A stretch of DNA of 62,857 bases, counting the filler, from Circinaria calcarea (lineage: Eukaryota), in NCBI GenBank assembly GCA_051942165.1. It is 47 parts of 47 records of this genome, joined end to end, with 100 filler letters (N's around TTAATTAATTAA, not from the genome) between each part and the next. Parts side by side here need not be neighbours in the genome. Positions count along the whole stretch, not along the records: positions 1 to 1,254 come from JAVECS010005031.1; positions 1,355 to 2,607 come from JAVECS010005032.1; positions 2,708 to 3,960 come from JAVECS010005033.1; positions 4,061 to 5,313 come from JAVECS010005034.1; positions 5,414 to 6,665 come from JAVECS010005035.1; positions 6,766 to 8,016 come from JAVECS010005036.1; positions 8,117 to 9,366 come from JAVECS010005037.1; positions 9,467 to 10,714 come from JAVECS010005038.1; 39 more parts are not named here. The stretch is one strand, 5' to 3'. The notes beneath the pieces were generated by a model, which was given only the letters and a program-made list of their open reading frames with translations, was not told where the DNA came from and made no database searches. Positions within the stretch are counted from its first letter, which is position 1. Every line of letters starts with the position of its first letter. Positions 1 to 12,300 of the stretch are shown here, piece by piece. Position numbers and translations under genes: made by a program.

Positions 1-2
1 AG

Positions 3-1254
3 AAAGCTAAAGTAACGGCCGTAGAGCAAGCTGCGCTTGATCTGCTGAACGCTGCTTGTATTGATAGTACCTGTCGAGAGGCCATTTCCAATCACTGCCT
101 GGACTGGCTACACGAGATTGTCAAAGGGGATGAAGTAAAACGACAAGGTCAAGCAGCTGTGATTCTTGCAAAGCTTGAGAGTATCCCCCAGGCAAAGACA
201 GATGATGCGCAAGGTTCTGGAAGAGAGCAAGTGATTGACGAGGATGAAACGAACATTGTACATACGTTAAAAGGGATGTTACTCTCCGAAGACAAGTCCA
301 ACTGGTATAACGCCGTGGAAGGACTTGCATATGCCTCAATCCAACCAAAGATTAAAGAGGAGCTATCAAAAGATTCAACTTTCCTGACAAAGCTATTGCA
401 ACATCCGGACGAAACTGCTCTTAATTCGGCGGCAGCTTTCGGATCTCTGACACTGATTGATAATATGACACGGTATCCGCCTACCCTTTCTGAGGAACAA
501 AAGCGTATGACACAGCTAAAGGAATATGCGAATGCGGCCAAACGGCCTACGGAAACAGATCCTCTTGATGATGATGAGCACGTCGCCCAACGTTGCAATA
601 CATTACTTCGGGCAGGTGTCGTGCCTTTCTTAATAAGTCTTCACAGAAGTTTCAGCTCAAAAAAAGCATCCCAGGCATCATTGGGTCTTATTGCGGGTAT
701 CCTACTTTCCTTGTCAAAGCCTACCGCATCTCGTGGGATTATTGCCCAGCAAGGTGGCATTCCTTTGTTACTACAAATCTTCAGACAGATCAGTTCCGGC
801 CCCGAATCTCATAGTGTTCGACGAACCACAGGGCATGCCTTGGCACGTATTCTGATATCAGTTGACCCCAAGCTTGCATTCGGTTCCCGTTCTCCCACTT
901 CAGCAACTCCAATTCTCTTGTCACTTCTTACTGATGACGATGCCGACGTATCGCAGGGCCCTCGTGATCTACTGCCGATTTTTGAAGGCCTGCTTGCATT
1001 AACCAATATCGTGTCAGATCCTTCTCTCGACACAGGGGCTGAAGTCGTCCGATCATCCTTTGAAAAGATTGAAGGTCTACTTCTAAGCAATAATACGCTA
1101 ATCCAGCGTGCTACCACTGAGCTCGTCTGCAATCTAATGACGTGTCCTGAAGGCGCCGAGAAGTTCGCTGACGGCTCCAAAGCCGCGGCCAGGAGACTCC
1201 ACATACTCGTTGCTCTGACAGATGTGGAGGACGTAGACACTCGACGAGCTGCAG
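3..1254 (+). CDS. SHE4: UCS-domain myosin chaperone (She4/CRO1/UNC-45), internal fragment
   Basis: Frame open from base 3; motifs AVEGLAYASIQPKIKEEL, RGIIAQQGG, HALARILISVDP, FEGLLALTN, IQRATTELVCNL typical of the UNC-45/CRO1/She4 ARM region. Confidence 0.9.
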
Positions 1255-1354
1255 NNNNNNNNNNNNNNNNNNNNNNNNNNNNNNNNNNNNNNNNNNNNTT
1301 AATTAATTAANNNNNNNNNNNNNNNNNNNNNNNNNNNNNNNNNNNNNNNNNNNN
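1255..1354. other. Artificial contig linker N44-TTAATTAATTAA-N44 (first of 46 copies, about every 1.33-1.35 kb)
   Basis: Identical 100-bp unit recurs throughout; TTAATTAATTAA places stops in all six frames; flanking contigs decrease steadily in length (1253 to 1227 bp). Confidence 0.99.
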
Positions 1355-1719
1355 TTCTGGAGCCGGTGCGACGTTGCGGCCTTCTCTTCCTCGTCCATCC
1401 ACTGCACTGCAGCAATCATAGTCGCATTCTGCTCTAGCCGAGCCGTAGCAGCAAAGTCGGTGAAGGGAAGGAAGAGGGTCGTGTTGACACCTAGGTGCCG
1501 GCCAGCTGAAGTGCGGCAAAGTGCTCTTAACTTAGACTGGGGCATTGATACAACAAACAGCAGCAGCTCGAAATGGAAGAACAAGAGAATTATCATGTAA
1601 GAGTGTTGATGGCATAGGGCTTATAAGCACCTTATCCAACAAATCTATCTGTACACTGCAAACAAGTGCAATATTGTGCTGCCTTCATGATCCTGACACA
1701 TCGACGCGCTCTTTTTCAC

Positions 1720-2607
1720 TCATGCAACGAGCGCCTGCAACTTCGCCTGTTCCTCCCTGTTCAGCATGTTGTACATTTCCCGGAATGCCGGCTTCTGAGC
1801 TTCTGCCTTGAACCATCCACTCAGGTATTCCGCCGTTTCATCGTCTCTACTCCTAGTGCTGGTCGGGCTGTCATTTGCAGCGTCTCCGAAACCCATGAGA
1901 GTTTGCTTTGTCATCCCCAAGCCGAGATCGAGGGTTGGTGACTCGTCTTCCCAATCATCTTCATCATCACTGTCTTCAGAATCAACTCCAGCTGCGGCAG
2001 CAGTAGGGTCAGCTAGGTATCGACTAGTAGCTGCTGAGGATAGTTCTTCAACAAGAATTTTGAGGATTTTCAGATTTGCAGGAATAATGGTCCACTCGTC
2101 AGGATTCAGACGTGCTTGGCTTCTGGTCTTGATTCTGCCAGTCTGCTTGACAACCAGATCCCCTTTGACGCCGACCTGCTGGATCCTTGGATCCTCAAGC
2201 GAATACAGCTTGCTGAGGGCCATGATATTCTGGCGGATCTCAAAGTAGCCAGCGAAGTTGATTGAATTTTCGAGCCACTTTGCAAGAACAGAACTGAGCC
2301 CGTTTTCAGCATTGATATTGAGCTGTGACAGGAAGTCAACGACCTCTTTTGGTGCAGTGGTGCACAAGCCAGCAAAGACCATGATCAAGGATTGAATGAA
2401 ATGTGCCTTTTCAGCACTGGCAAGCCGCAAAGCGACAGCCTGGAGAAGCTGCAACAAATACGGACCCAGTTTGTCACTACCAGCCTGCTGGACAAGTACG
2501 CTCGCGAGACCACCTACTTCAGCCGCAGCATTGTCGTCCACATCCGTAGAGTTGAGAAGGCGATTGATTATCGTCAACGTAATCTCAACAGCACCCTTTC
2601 CGGACGG
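1720..2607 (-). CDS. KAP114: Importin beta-family karyopherin (Kap114/importin-9), C-terminal fragment
   Basis: FIQSLIMVFA, KWLENSINFAGY, VKGDLVV..GRIKTRSQAR.NPDEWTIIPANLKILKILVEEL followed by an acidic loop; frame open to contig edge. Confidence 0.88.
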   Translation of the reverse strand, partial: PSGKGAVEITLTIINRLLNSTDVDDNAAAEVGGLASVLVQQAGSDKLGPYLLQLLQAVALRLASAEKAHFIQSLIMVFAGLCTTAPKEVVDFLSQLNINAENGLSSVLAKWLENSINFAGYFEIRQNIMALSKLYSLEDPRIQQVGVKGDLVVKQTGRIKTRSQARLNPDEWTIIPANLKILKILVEELSSAATSRYLADPTAAAAGVDSEDSDDEDDWEDESPTLDLGLGMTKQTLMGFGDAANDSPTSTRSRDDETAEYLSGWFKAEAQKPAFREMYNMLNREEQAKLQALVA

Positions 2608-2707
2608 NNNNNNNNNNNNNNNNNNNNNNNNNNNNNNNNNNNNNNNNNNNNTTAATTAATTAANNNNNNNNNNNNNNNNNNNNNNNNNNNNNNNNNNNNN
2701 NNNNNNN

Positions 2708-3384
2708 TGACAAGACCTGATATAGCTTTCGCTACAGGTAAGCTCGCACAATACATGGCCGATCCTGCCAAATACCACCAGGAAGCTGCAAAGCATCTCG
2801 TGCGGTATTTGAGATCGACAAAGAATACTGCTATCAAATTCAGCCCAACCCAGGACCTGGAATTGATAGGATATTCCGATGCCGATTATGGCGGGGACAA
2901 AGACAGCCGCAAGTCTATTATTGGGAATGTTTTCATGCTTGCAGGAGGAGCGATTTCATGGCTAAGCCGAAAACAGCGATCAGTGGCTACTTCCACTACT
3001 GAAGCTGAATACGTCAGTATGTCTATGTGTGCAAAACAAGCAGTATGGCTCGCACAACTGCTTAGAGACATCGGCTATGCAAAGTACATCGGCAATAACC
3101 CTTGGACGGCTCACCTGAAAGGAGACAACCAATCATCACTGGCACTCATTCGGAATCCGCAAATCCACGATCGTTCGAAGCATATTGATATCGCATATCA
3201 TCATGTTAGAGATCTTGAAAAGCGTGGATGGGTGGATATTCAGTATATTCCCACTGATGAGATGATTGTTGACGGTCTGACCAAGCCTTTGACTGGTCAC
3301 CATTTCCAGAGGTATGTTGATTCGCTCGGTCTGGTTACCAACAACTGTTGGTATGAACAAAGGCAGCTTAGGACAAGTAAGTAG
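2708..3384 (+). mobile_element. Ty1/Copia LTR retrotransposon pol, RT C-terminus plus RNase H
   Basis: TRPDIAFA, GYSDADYGGD..SRKS, ISWLSRKQRSVATSTTEAEY, DNQSSLAL, HDRSKHIDIAYHHVR, DGLTKPL; uninterrupted frame. Confidence 0.96.
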
Positions 3385-3440
3385 ACTAAAGTCTGAATGG
3401 ACTATAGTTTGCAAGCTTCAGGAATCAGTTTGAGGGGGAG

Positions 3441-3661
3441 TGTTAGACAGTCAGCCTAACCAACGGTTGTTGGAGCAACGAACTCTGTACAACTCAACTG
3501 TACAGAGTTCCCAATCGGGTTAGACTGATCTTGGCATAGGATACAGAGTTTGCAACTCTGTTCCTTTCATCCTGATTCTGTACGCTCTCATCAAGTAGTC
3601 TAGCCAGCTATAGCGTCAATGGACACAGTCTTCCGCTGCATCTTAGCCTCGTTGTTTAACA
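3441..3661 (+). mobile_element. Copia LTR (221 bp), preceded by a PPT and followed by a PBS
   Basis: PPT TGAGGGGGAG 3431-3440; termini TGTTA...TAACA; GGTTATGAGCCC at 3662-3673 matches the typical fungal Copia primer-binding site. Confidence 0.88.
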
Positions 3662-4134
3662 GGTTATGAGCCCGGGTTCGTCAGAATCTGGGTAGTCCAT
3701 TCATTTCATTCCTGGTGCGACGGACCAGAAGGACGCGGACGCGGCAACAGGCTTCAGCCAGTTGAGCGGGTCGCTGTCAGGCTTTACCTTAATCATCCCT
3801 AGATTAATACAGGCTCTGAATCAAGAAAAACTCCGCGCGATCATCCTTAAACAGATATAAATTCTGAGTCGACGCGTTAAATATTACCGTCTGCCCTGTT
3901 GCGGCTGCGTTCGCAACTCTGTACAACTCAACTGTACAGCCTTCCTGATCGGGTGTTAGGNNNNNNNNNNNNNNNNNNNNNNNNNNNNNNNNNNNNNNNN
4001 NNNNTTAATTAATTAANNNNNNNNNNNNNNNNNNNNNNNNNNNNNNNNNNNNNNNNNNNNCAGTCCCTCCCCCCCCTTTTCTCTCCCTTTCCCTCACCAA
4101 AACACCAAATCTAACCCCTCTTTTCCAAACACAG

Positions 4135-4498
4135 CTCCAACTTCTCCTTCAAATGCCACCGCCAAACCCCGACCAACACGCGCGACCAGTCCAATGTCTA
4201 CGCCGTCAACGCCATCAACTTCCACCCCGTCCACGGCACCTTCAGCACCGCCGGCTCCGACGGCACCTTCCACTTCTGGGACAAGGACGCCAAGCACCGC
4301 CTCAAAGGCTACCCTGAGGTCGGCGGCCCCATCTCCGCCACCGCCTTCAACCGCGCCGGCGGCATTTTCGCCTACGCGGTCAGCTATGATTGGAGTAAAG
4401 GATACGCGGTCAATACGCCGCAGACGATCAACAAGGTCATGTTGCATCCTGTGGGTCCCGATGAATGTAAGCCGAGGCCGAAGACAGGGAAGAGGTAA
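4135..4498 (+). CDS. RAE1: mRNA export factor Rae1/Gle2 (WD40), last exon
   Basis: After CTAAC...ACAG acceptor: NFSFKCHR..VYAVNAINFHPVHGTFSTAGSDGTFHFWDKDAKHRLKGYP..FAYAVSYDWSKG..stop at 4496-4498. Not shown in the ORF track (no upstream ATG). Confidence 0.95.
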
Positions 4499-5414
4499 GG
4501 ATGAAGAGGGTTCAGTGAAGGGTTTTGAAGGGCGATAGGGCTCGGAGACAGGAGACATGTGCACCTCAAGATACCAAAGTTTGAGATTCCGGTAGGCATG
4601 GCGTTCCGGATCGGTCACGTACGCACCAAGGCTGTGGCTATCTATGTAGTTGACGGGAAAATTCAAGGGGGGGATAAAAAAGCAAAAAGCTTTTTTCGTG
4701 CCCATGAATCTTGTAGAAAAGGGAAGAAAAATAAAAATAAAAATAAAAAAGGGAAAAAGACAAAGATACGTATGGGTAGGATGAGCGGAAAACCCCTTTT
4801 TTTGTGTTTTCCCAAGCTTCAAGCGCACCCCTCTGCTATAGTAGAGATTAGAGAATTGCCCCAAAAAAAACAAAAAAAAAAACCATGACCCCATGACATG
4901 ACATGATGTGAACCTTCTTGTATACCATACTGTAATAAGAGGGACAAAGAAAGATCCGATGTCGAAATATGGGCACTGGTAAAAGAGACTGCCGGCAAGA
5001 CCATCTTCTAGATATTGAAAAAGAGTCTGGCAAAAGTAGAAGAAGAAGGTAGCCAGGATGAGGTAGCTACTATCAGACGGCCCCCCTACTTTTCCCTCAC
5101 CAGAAAATTTAACCATGCTAATGCACGTGCCGTGCCCATGAAAACGCCCGAGTACGGCTGTACTCAGGTATAACACATATTAACCCCCTCTCCCCGGTTG
5201 CATACCGTACCTTACCGTACCCCTCCCCTCTTCTTCTCCGCCAGCCCATTCATCCGCCCACCTCCACTACCACCTTCCTCATCACTGCTCGTTCCCCCAA
5301 GACTATACCTCCCNNNNNNNNNNNNNNNNNNNNNNNNNNNNNNNNNNNNNNNNNNNNTTAATTAATTAANNNNNNNNNNNNNNNNNNNNNNNNNNNNNNN
5401 NNNNNNNNNNNNNA

Positions 5415-5585
5415 TATGCATTCGAAAGACCACTGCTCACCCCTTACGAAGCCTTGGTAGCGTTAGGAATTCGAGAAGGATGGGATAGTGGGAACGATGG
5501 TGTTTATCCTATGGACTTTTATGCGAAAGAGGGTTTAGGAAGGACAAAAGAGGGAGATGTAGGGGTAGTTGGTGTCAGAGGTTAA
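5415..5585 (+). CDS. DPH1: Diphthamide biosynthesis protein 1, C-terminal fragment
   Basis: [35 protein letters not shown]..stop matches the Dph1 C-terminus. Confidence 0.85.
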   Translation, partial: YAFERPLLTPYEALVALGIREGWDSGNDGVYPMDFYAKEGLGRTKEGDVGVVGVRG

Positions 5586-6227
5586 AGGAGAATAGGAGCA
5601 TCCCACATCAAAAGAAAACCTACGCCTGGTTTTGAACAGTTCCCCAAGTGAAGGATGGGATCCTACCAACGTTTAAGCTGTATCCCATGGAATAGAGACG
5701 AATTCGCTCAAGCTGGCGAATGGGGCTCAAACATAACCAAACGTTTAGCTACCTCCAAAAGTCCCATTCTTCAATCCACGAGATAAGACATCCAGGGAGT
5801 AGTACCCCCAGCTCAATTAATCATTCACTGATACCCTGAGCTGGTCCTCACTATCCAACGGGCCTCAACTACTCGTCTACAGCCTCACACAACCGACATC
5901 CGAAGACACGTTCCCAGAGTCCCAGTCTCCAAATCCATCCGCTCAGAGCACCATGTCGCTCATGACGAGCCCGAAACGTGCCACACCCCCGCTTTCTGGG
6001 GTGGTTGACTTTTCTTTTCGCTTAATCTACATATCGTGAAATTTTTAATAAAGAAACATGCCATACCGTACAGCTACTGTGTGTACATTACACTCGGTCA
6101 ATAAATAGTACCTTGTCAGGTACTAACTTAGTTTAAGTATCCTTCATAATATACGAAGAGACTGCCTTCACTTCTCCGCGCATAGATATACAGTGTCACA
6201 AGGCTTACTGGCGTGACCAGCTTTTTC

Positions 6228-6519
6228 AGAGGCTACGCCCCGTGGTTAAGTTCAGAGCGACCGCGATTGATTGGTTTTAAGAGTTGCTTCCCTTCCTTCT
6301 CCTTCTCCTGCTTGTCCAATTTGTTTGAAGTCATTTTCATTGGTACTTTGGTCACTGTCACACTACCTGGGCCATCATCGTCGTCGTCGTCACCGTTAGT
6401 CTTGTCCTCGTTGTTAGGACCAGGCCGTCTGCCATCAGATTTTGATTCGTCTTTTTCATCGAAACCTTCGAGGCTTTGCCCGTCATCGTGGCTCGCCTCG
6501 TCCCAATACGAAAACAGAA
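6228..6519 (-). CDS. Probable last exon of an unidentified protein (acidic/charged tail)
   Basis: GTAAGT...TTTAG intron upstream on the minus strand; open frame LFSYWDEASHDDGQSLEGFDEKDE...ELNHGA*; upstream exon frame not resolved. Confidence 0.35.
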
Positions 6520-7659
6520 CTAAAACACCAATATATTATTAACACACTCACTCCCACTGATGTATCATGCGGATTATACTTACTGTTGGAAGTCATAGGG
6601 CTTACCGAAGCATGTGTTGCTTAGGAGGTCCATGCTCAACACTTTCTACGCATCTCATAAAAGCANNNNNNNNNNNNNNNNNNNNNNNNNNNNNNNNNNN
6701 NNNNNNNNNTTAATTAATTAANNNNNNNNNNNNNNNNNNNNNNNNNNNNNNNNNNNNNNNNNNNNCCGATGCGCGGCGCGCATCGGCATGAAGCATGCAT
6801 CCCATCCCCGCCGTACATAGGAATGGGCCGCCCGCGCTCGCGGTGCGCACGATTATAGCCAATGCGGAGTGCAGAGTGCGGAAGCGGGACGAGGAGCGAA
6901 GAGCGAAGAGCGAAGAGCGAAGGGGGAAGGGGGTTTCTTGCTTAGAGATATGCAATAACCGAGTACGGTACCTAAGGTTAAAGAAGTAGATGTCAAATTG
7001 TATCTATCTACCTATCTAGCTTCTTTTTTTTTAAAAAAAAAATTTCCTACGGGGGCTTTCGAATACAAGGAAATTTTTCTTCTTTTTCTAAACAGTCATG
7101 TCTTTTTTTGTATTCTAATATTCTAGTTTTCAAAAAAAAAGGGTTCGGATAACAAAAATAATTCAACACGGGTGAATTTTAATTGGAAAAAGAAAAAGGG
7201 TGATAGCGCATTTCCCCGTCTTTACTCATCACTACTCTCTAAATAAACTTGGGCTTACTTGCTTGTCTTTTTTCATGGTTTCTTAAAATCCGAGGTCCTT
7301 CTCGCTTTGAGAAGCTGTGAGGGTAAGATTATATCTAGTTACGATTGTTTTTGACATGTTAAAGATAAAAATGGTTTTTGGAGTCATTCCGAAAAAAATA
7401 CCCACGTCAATTTCCGCACGCATCCACGGTAAGGTGAGAGGTGGGGGGCGAGGCGGTTTCCGAGATCTTAGTAGATCTCGGCTCATTTGCTACCCGCAGA
7501 ATGGACTGTCTTTGGATCTTGACGAATCAGGAAGGCGCTATTTACGCAGCAAACTGCCTTATTAAAAATTTCATGATGTCAGTAAACATTCACACACTCG
7601 AGTGAGTATCAGCACACTGTAAATAGTTTCCCCTCACGATCCATCGCCCGTCCTTTGTA

Positions 7660-8016
7660 ATGATCAGATTGCCTGTACTAGTCCGAAATTGCTCCCCACG
7701 ATTCACAACATCAATTCTACATTCTACAGTTCAACGCATCAGGGTAGTTTCAGTACGCCCCTTTGCATCTCAGAGGCCATCGGTTGTCATGGATGCCATA
7801 AAGTCAACTATTGCGGAGAATTTCGGTGGGGAAGCTTCCCACAAGGCGGTGTCCGAGGATAAGCAGTTCAGCCTCGATCAGGTCCCAGATCTTACGGGGA
7901 AAGTGGCCGTCGTGACCGGCGGATCCGAGGGCATAGGCTATGGCTGCACCCATACTCTCCTTTCTCACAACATCCAAAAACTCTACATCCTCTCCCTCTC
8001 CAAGGATGTGGTCGAC
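7660..8016 (+). CDS. Short-chain dehydrogenase/reductase, N-terminal fragment
   Basis: FSLDQVPDLTGKVAVVTGGSEGIGYG (TGxxxGIG Rossmann motif); alternative ATG at 7789. Confidence 0.9.
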
Positions 8017-8979
8017 NNNNNNNNNNNNNNNNNNNNNNNNNNNNNNNNNNNNNNNNNNNNTTAATTAATTAANNNNNNNNNNNNNNNNNNNNNNNNNNNN
8101 NNNNNNNNNNNNNNNNCGCCCGCCCCGTTCCTCTCCTTTCCCAAACCCGCCAAAGGGATCAAAGTACCTATCCCACCTATCCTATCCGCTTCCCAATCCC
8201 TATCAAGCTTCCAGAAACCCTTGGTACGGAATAGCGGTAGAGGAGTCAAGGAGCGGAGAGGCGAAGAGGTGAAGATGCAGGAAACAATTTAAATAAAAGA
8301 AGGGGTTTTGAGGAAGTGCGAGGGAGGTCGGTTTACTCATTAGGAGAGAGGATAGAATTCCAACCACGGATTCAGATTACCGAGTTACCCCGGAGACGAG
8401 AAGAAGCTCCAGGGAAGGGGGGAGGGGGGGCAAAAGGGGAGAGCTAGTTCTGGAAAAAGCAATGGGATTTTTTCTCTTTCTCGGTATAGATTAGGGACAG
8501 GTACACGTTGTGCTGGCCGGATGGTTTTAGATATAAAGGTGAGATTTAGATGAGTTGTGAAAAATGAATATGAATATTGAGGAGGTGGAGGGGAAGCTGG
8601 CTAGCTGAGTTGCGCGGGAATTTTTACAGTTACAGATACCCTGAATGGGTACCCTATTCCATCGTACAAATCTCTCCCGCGCTGGCTGAAGCTAATTGAA
8701 TATTGGAAGATTGATTTGATTGATCGAGGAAGCTCCCTCAGGCGTTGGAGTATCCTACATAGTCTATTGTACAGATTCCAGTAGAATGGAGCTTGATTGC
8801 GTCTTTTGCCAAAGCCCCCTGGAAATGGACTCACCGCGCCCTAATGCAAGGTAGACAGCCACATTCGATATAGGAACATGGATTTTCGGCTTCAGTAGAC
8901 GCCTTCAGCTATGCATGCATTGCCAAACCCCTTGGGGAAAGAAGATTACCCGTCAAATGCAGACAAAACGGACCTTTCA

Positions 8980-9366
8980 TTAGTATTCAGCGGTATCCCC
9001 ATCTCCCGCCGCGGCGACTGTTTCATCAACCATGGGCGGAGAAACCGGATCAGCAAAGACGTTACCAGTCTCCTTTGCCGTTTCTCCATCCCCATCCTCA
9101 TCCCCATCTCCATCCCCTTCCTCTCCAACGTCGACTTTGGGACTGGCGGCATCTACGTCGTCCTCATCACCCTCATCGTCATCATCATCATCATCGATGC
9201 GTCTGGATATCTTCTTTTTCCGGGGCCTCTGGACTGCATCCTCGTCCTCGTCATCTCCATCGGCCATTTTGATGTCCGAGTCTGGATTATCTGCAGCGTC
9301 ATTGCCGACATCGACTCCAGAAAGATTCCCCGCTTGAGTTCCACCGACAACAATCTCTTCATCGTC
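8980..9366 (-). CDS. Acidic low-complexity C-terminus of a nuclear protein (possibly Ctr9-like)
   Basis: Open frame from the contig edge to TAA; D/E-rich with NLS-like RPRKKKISRR. Identity is a weak guess. Confidence 0.5.
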   Translation of the reverse strand, partial: DDEEIVVGGTQAGNLSGVDVGNDAADNPDSDIKMADGDDEDEDAVQRPRKKKISRRIDDDDDDDEGDEDDVDAASPKVDVGEEGDGDGDEDGDGETAKETGNVFADPVSPPMVDETVAAAGDGDTAEY

Positions 9367-12300
9367 NNNNNNNNNNNNNNNNNNNNNNNNNNNNNNNNNN
9401 NNNNNNNNNNTTAATTAATTAANNNNNNNNNNNNNNNNNNNNNNNNNNNNNNNNNNNNNNNNNNNNGGTCTGGATTGGACTTTTTGGGGAGTGGGAGGAT
9501 TTAGTTGTACGCTTATGGCGATTACGAAGACAAAGAGATGTAAATATTCATAAATAGCCAAGCATATCAAGAAAATATAATCTTGTGTCATTCCGCATAT
9601 AAATCTACCCCGTAAAGCTCCACTCCCTTTTGCCCTTGTGAAACCCCACCCCACCACGTCCCAAGACAAATTCCCAAGACAAATTCCCCAAAAACCAAAA
9701 CCAAAACCAAACGATCAAAGAAATCCCCCCCAAACAAAAATTCCAAAGGGGGAACGACGGTTACGGTAGTAATGATTTCTGAATCCCTGGGAATATGTTG
9801 GGGGGAAAAAGAAGAAGGGGAAAAGGGGAAAGAAGAAGAAGAATAGGGGGAAAGAGCGAAGGTTTTCCAATTATTTTTCTATTTATTTTTGGAAAGGTGG
9901 GATGAATTGGTTGGATAATTGGAGTGAAAAGGGAAAGCGCAGGTAAGATCAGATCAGATCCGAGATAAATACCCCATTTTTTCGAACTCATTCCGTATGA
10001 TAGACCTCTCACCCCTCACCCCTCACCACTCCCCTCTCTCTCTTTGGCTTTAATTTTGGGCCTTCTTCCTCTCACTCTCCTCCCCTCCTCTTTTTCCAAA
10101 AAATTAAAAATATATACCACGCATGTAAAATCTATCTATCCATCCATTCAATTATCTATTTAACCCACTCCCCCCTTTTTCCTTTCCCTGAAATCCCTTT
10201 TCAAGGTTTCCCCGATTTTCCTAATTTCCCAATAACTGAGCCTGGGGGATTTGCTGGGATTTGCTGGATTGATTGCCCGGATCTTTTTCGAAAACCGAAC
10301 CGAGAAAAAAAAACAAAAAACAAAAGGCCCCTCTGTTTTCCGTTTCTTTTCTTTTCTGGCCTTTTTGGTGGCGGGAATTGTGTGTAGGACTTTGGTTTCT
10401 TTATTTTTCTCTCTGGGGGGGGGGGAGAGGCCTCACTCAGGCAGTTATGGTAGTTGGAAGGATACCATAGGGATGATTGCGCGAAGGAAGGGGTTGGGAA
10501 AAATAAAACAAGAAAAGAAAATCCGCGCCAATACTAACTATACTTGGTATTTCTGTAGATGGTAGAGCCCCCCGAGCCTTTCCCTTCCCCACTTTTCGGA
10601 TTTTTTCTTTTTTATGAGAGGGGGGGAGCGCGGTGTTCGGAAGCCTGGGGTTTTTTCTGGTAATTATTCTACTTTATTTATTTCAAGCAATATATATAAT
10701 ATGCAATATATTACNNNNNNNNNNNNNNNNNNNNNNNNNNNNNNNNNNNNNNNNNNNNTTAATTAATTAANNNNNNNNNNNNNNNNNNNNNNNNNNNNNN
10801 NNNNNNNNNNNNNNTCTAATTTCTCAAGCGATACTGCATAGCGGTCTCGTGAAGAGCTGTTGAACAGACTCCTTCATGGTTCTTGATACCTTATTAGGAT
10901 GGAGCATTGGTATTTGCTTGCCGAGGTCCAATCTATTGTGATGCCATGAGCAACAAGGCTAGTCTAAAATGCTCGATGTCGTGCGCCCACTGGGTTTGGG
11001 GACTCACAGAATCCTGCCGGAGTGTTACCGTCTACTGGTCACTTGCGTGCAACTCCGTCTTATCACTTCTATATGATTTTGATGATGACCAGAAGCCTTC
11101 GTATTCTACCGACCCCTTTGTTTGTATCGTTGGGTTTTCCGGCTATATGATCTCGCAAATTCTCACATGACTGAGGTACCAGCTGGCGTATGATGTTAAT
11201 GACCTTACGTAAAGGGGCGCTAACATTTTTCGAACATCAAATGGGCGCGCTTCATGGATTTTTATACCCTCCTTCGGCTAGATATCTAGACCCGCTAGAT
11301 TTCTAGACCCGCTCAGACATGGGTTTTATAGTTTTTCAAGCAGGCTGGTGGCGCACCTGGATGGACACTCTATCGGTTTTCAATAATCTTCCGCATTTGC
11401 TGCCGCCACAGGCTCCAAATGCCATGACTTCTTTTCACTCCCAAATGCCCCCAAATCCTCTCACTTACCTCCCAGTTCCGTCGTGAAATGCAAATTTTCA
11501 AGCTAAAAAGCGCGCAACGCGCACCCAAACCCTCTTAACGCGATAGACAAACCCCGGGTTCGGTCCAAACGGCCCACTCGGCTTTTAGATTTTAAGAGAA
11601 CATCGACAACCCCATTTCTTTTCCCACCAAAAGAAGCCCTCACACCCGTCGCAGAACCCGAGGAACCAAAAATCGAAAACCATGATTTTCGAGCCTCCCG
11701 ATCAGCACACGCCCTAATGAATCCAAAACCACCAGACGGAGGAGAGGGCCCTCTGGCGACGGCTACGCTTATTCGAAACGAAACGAAACGATCCCCAATT
11801 CTCTCGCTTACAGCAAGGTTTTTTAAGGGGGGGGGAAATCCCAAGAAAGTCCCAAGGATTTCTTTTTTCTTTTCTTTTCCACTCCCAAGGGAGCTTTTTT
11901 GTCCAGCAGGTAACAGGTAGTAGGTAGCAAATGATTTACTCGTCACCTTTTGCCCCCTTTCAAGAAACAGAAAGAAAATAAAGAATACAAAAACAAACTC
12001 GGATATACATATAAACCCCCCTCCTCCCCCACACACACAAAACGGGCCGGGGGAACCAACCCNNNNNNNNNNNNNNNNNNNNNNNNNNNNNNNNNNNNNN
12101 NNNNNNTTAATTAATTAANNNNNNNNNNNNNNNNNNNNNNNNNNNNNNNNNNNNNNNNNNNNCTAATGTGCCTGATGATGGATGGATGATATCTTTGGAC
12201 AAACGGGAAGAAAGCGGACTATTTTTTCGGAAATATTTTCGGGTTTTTTCAGATATCGCTACAATGTTTAAATTAGCAAACAGCCTAGACAGACCCTTTT

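Noticed and set aside
4094..5176. 360-aa minus-strand ORF
   Set aside because: Antisense shadow of the GC-rich RAE1 exon plus low-complexity 3' flank.
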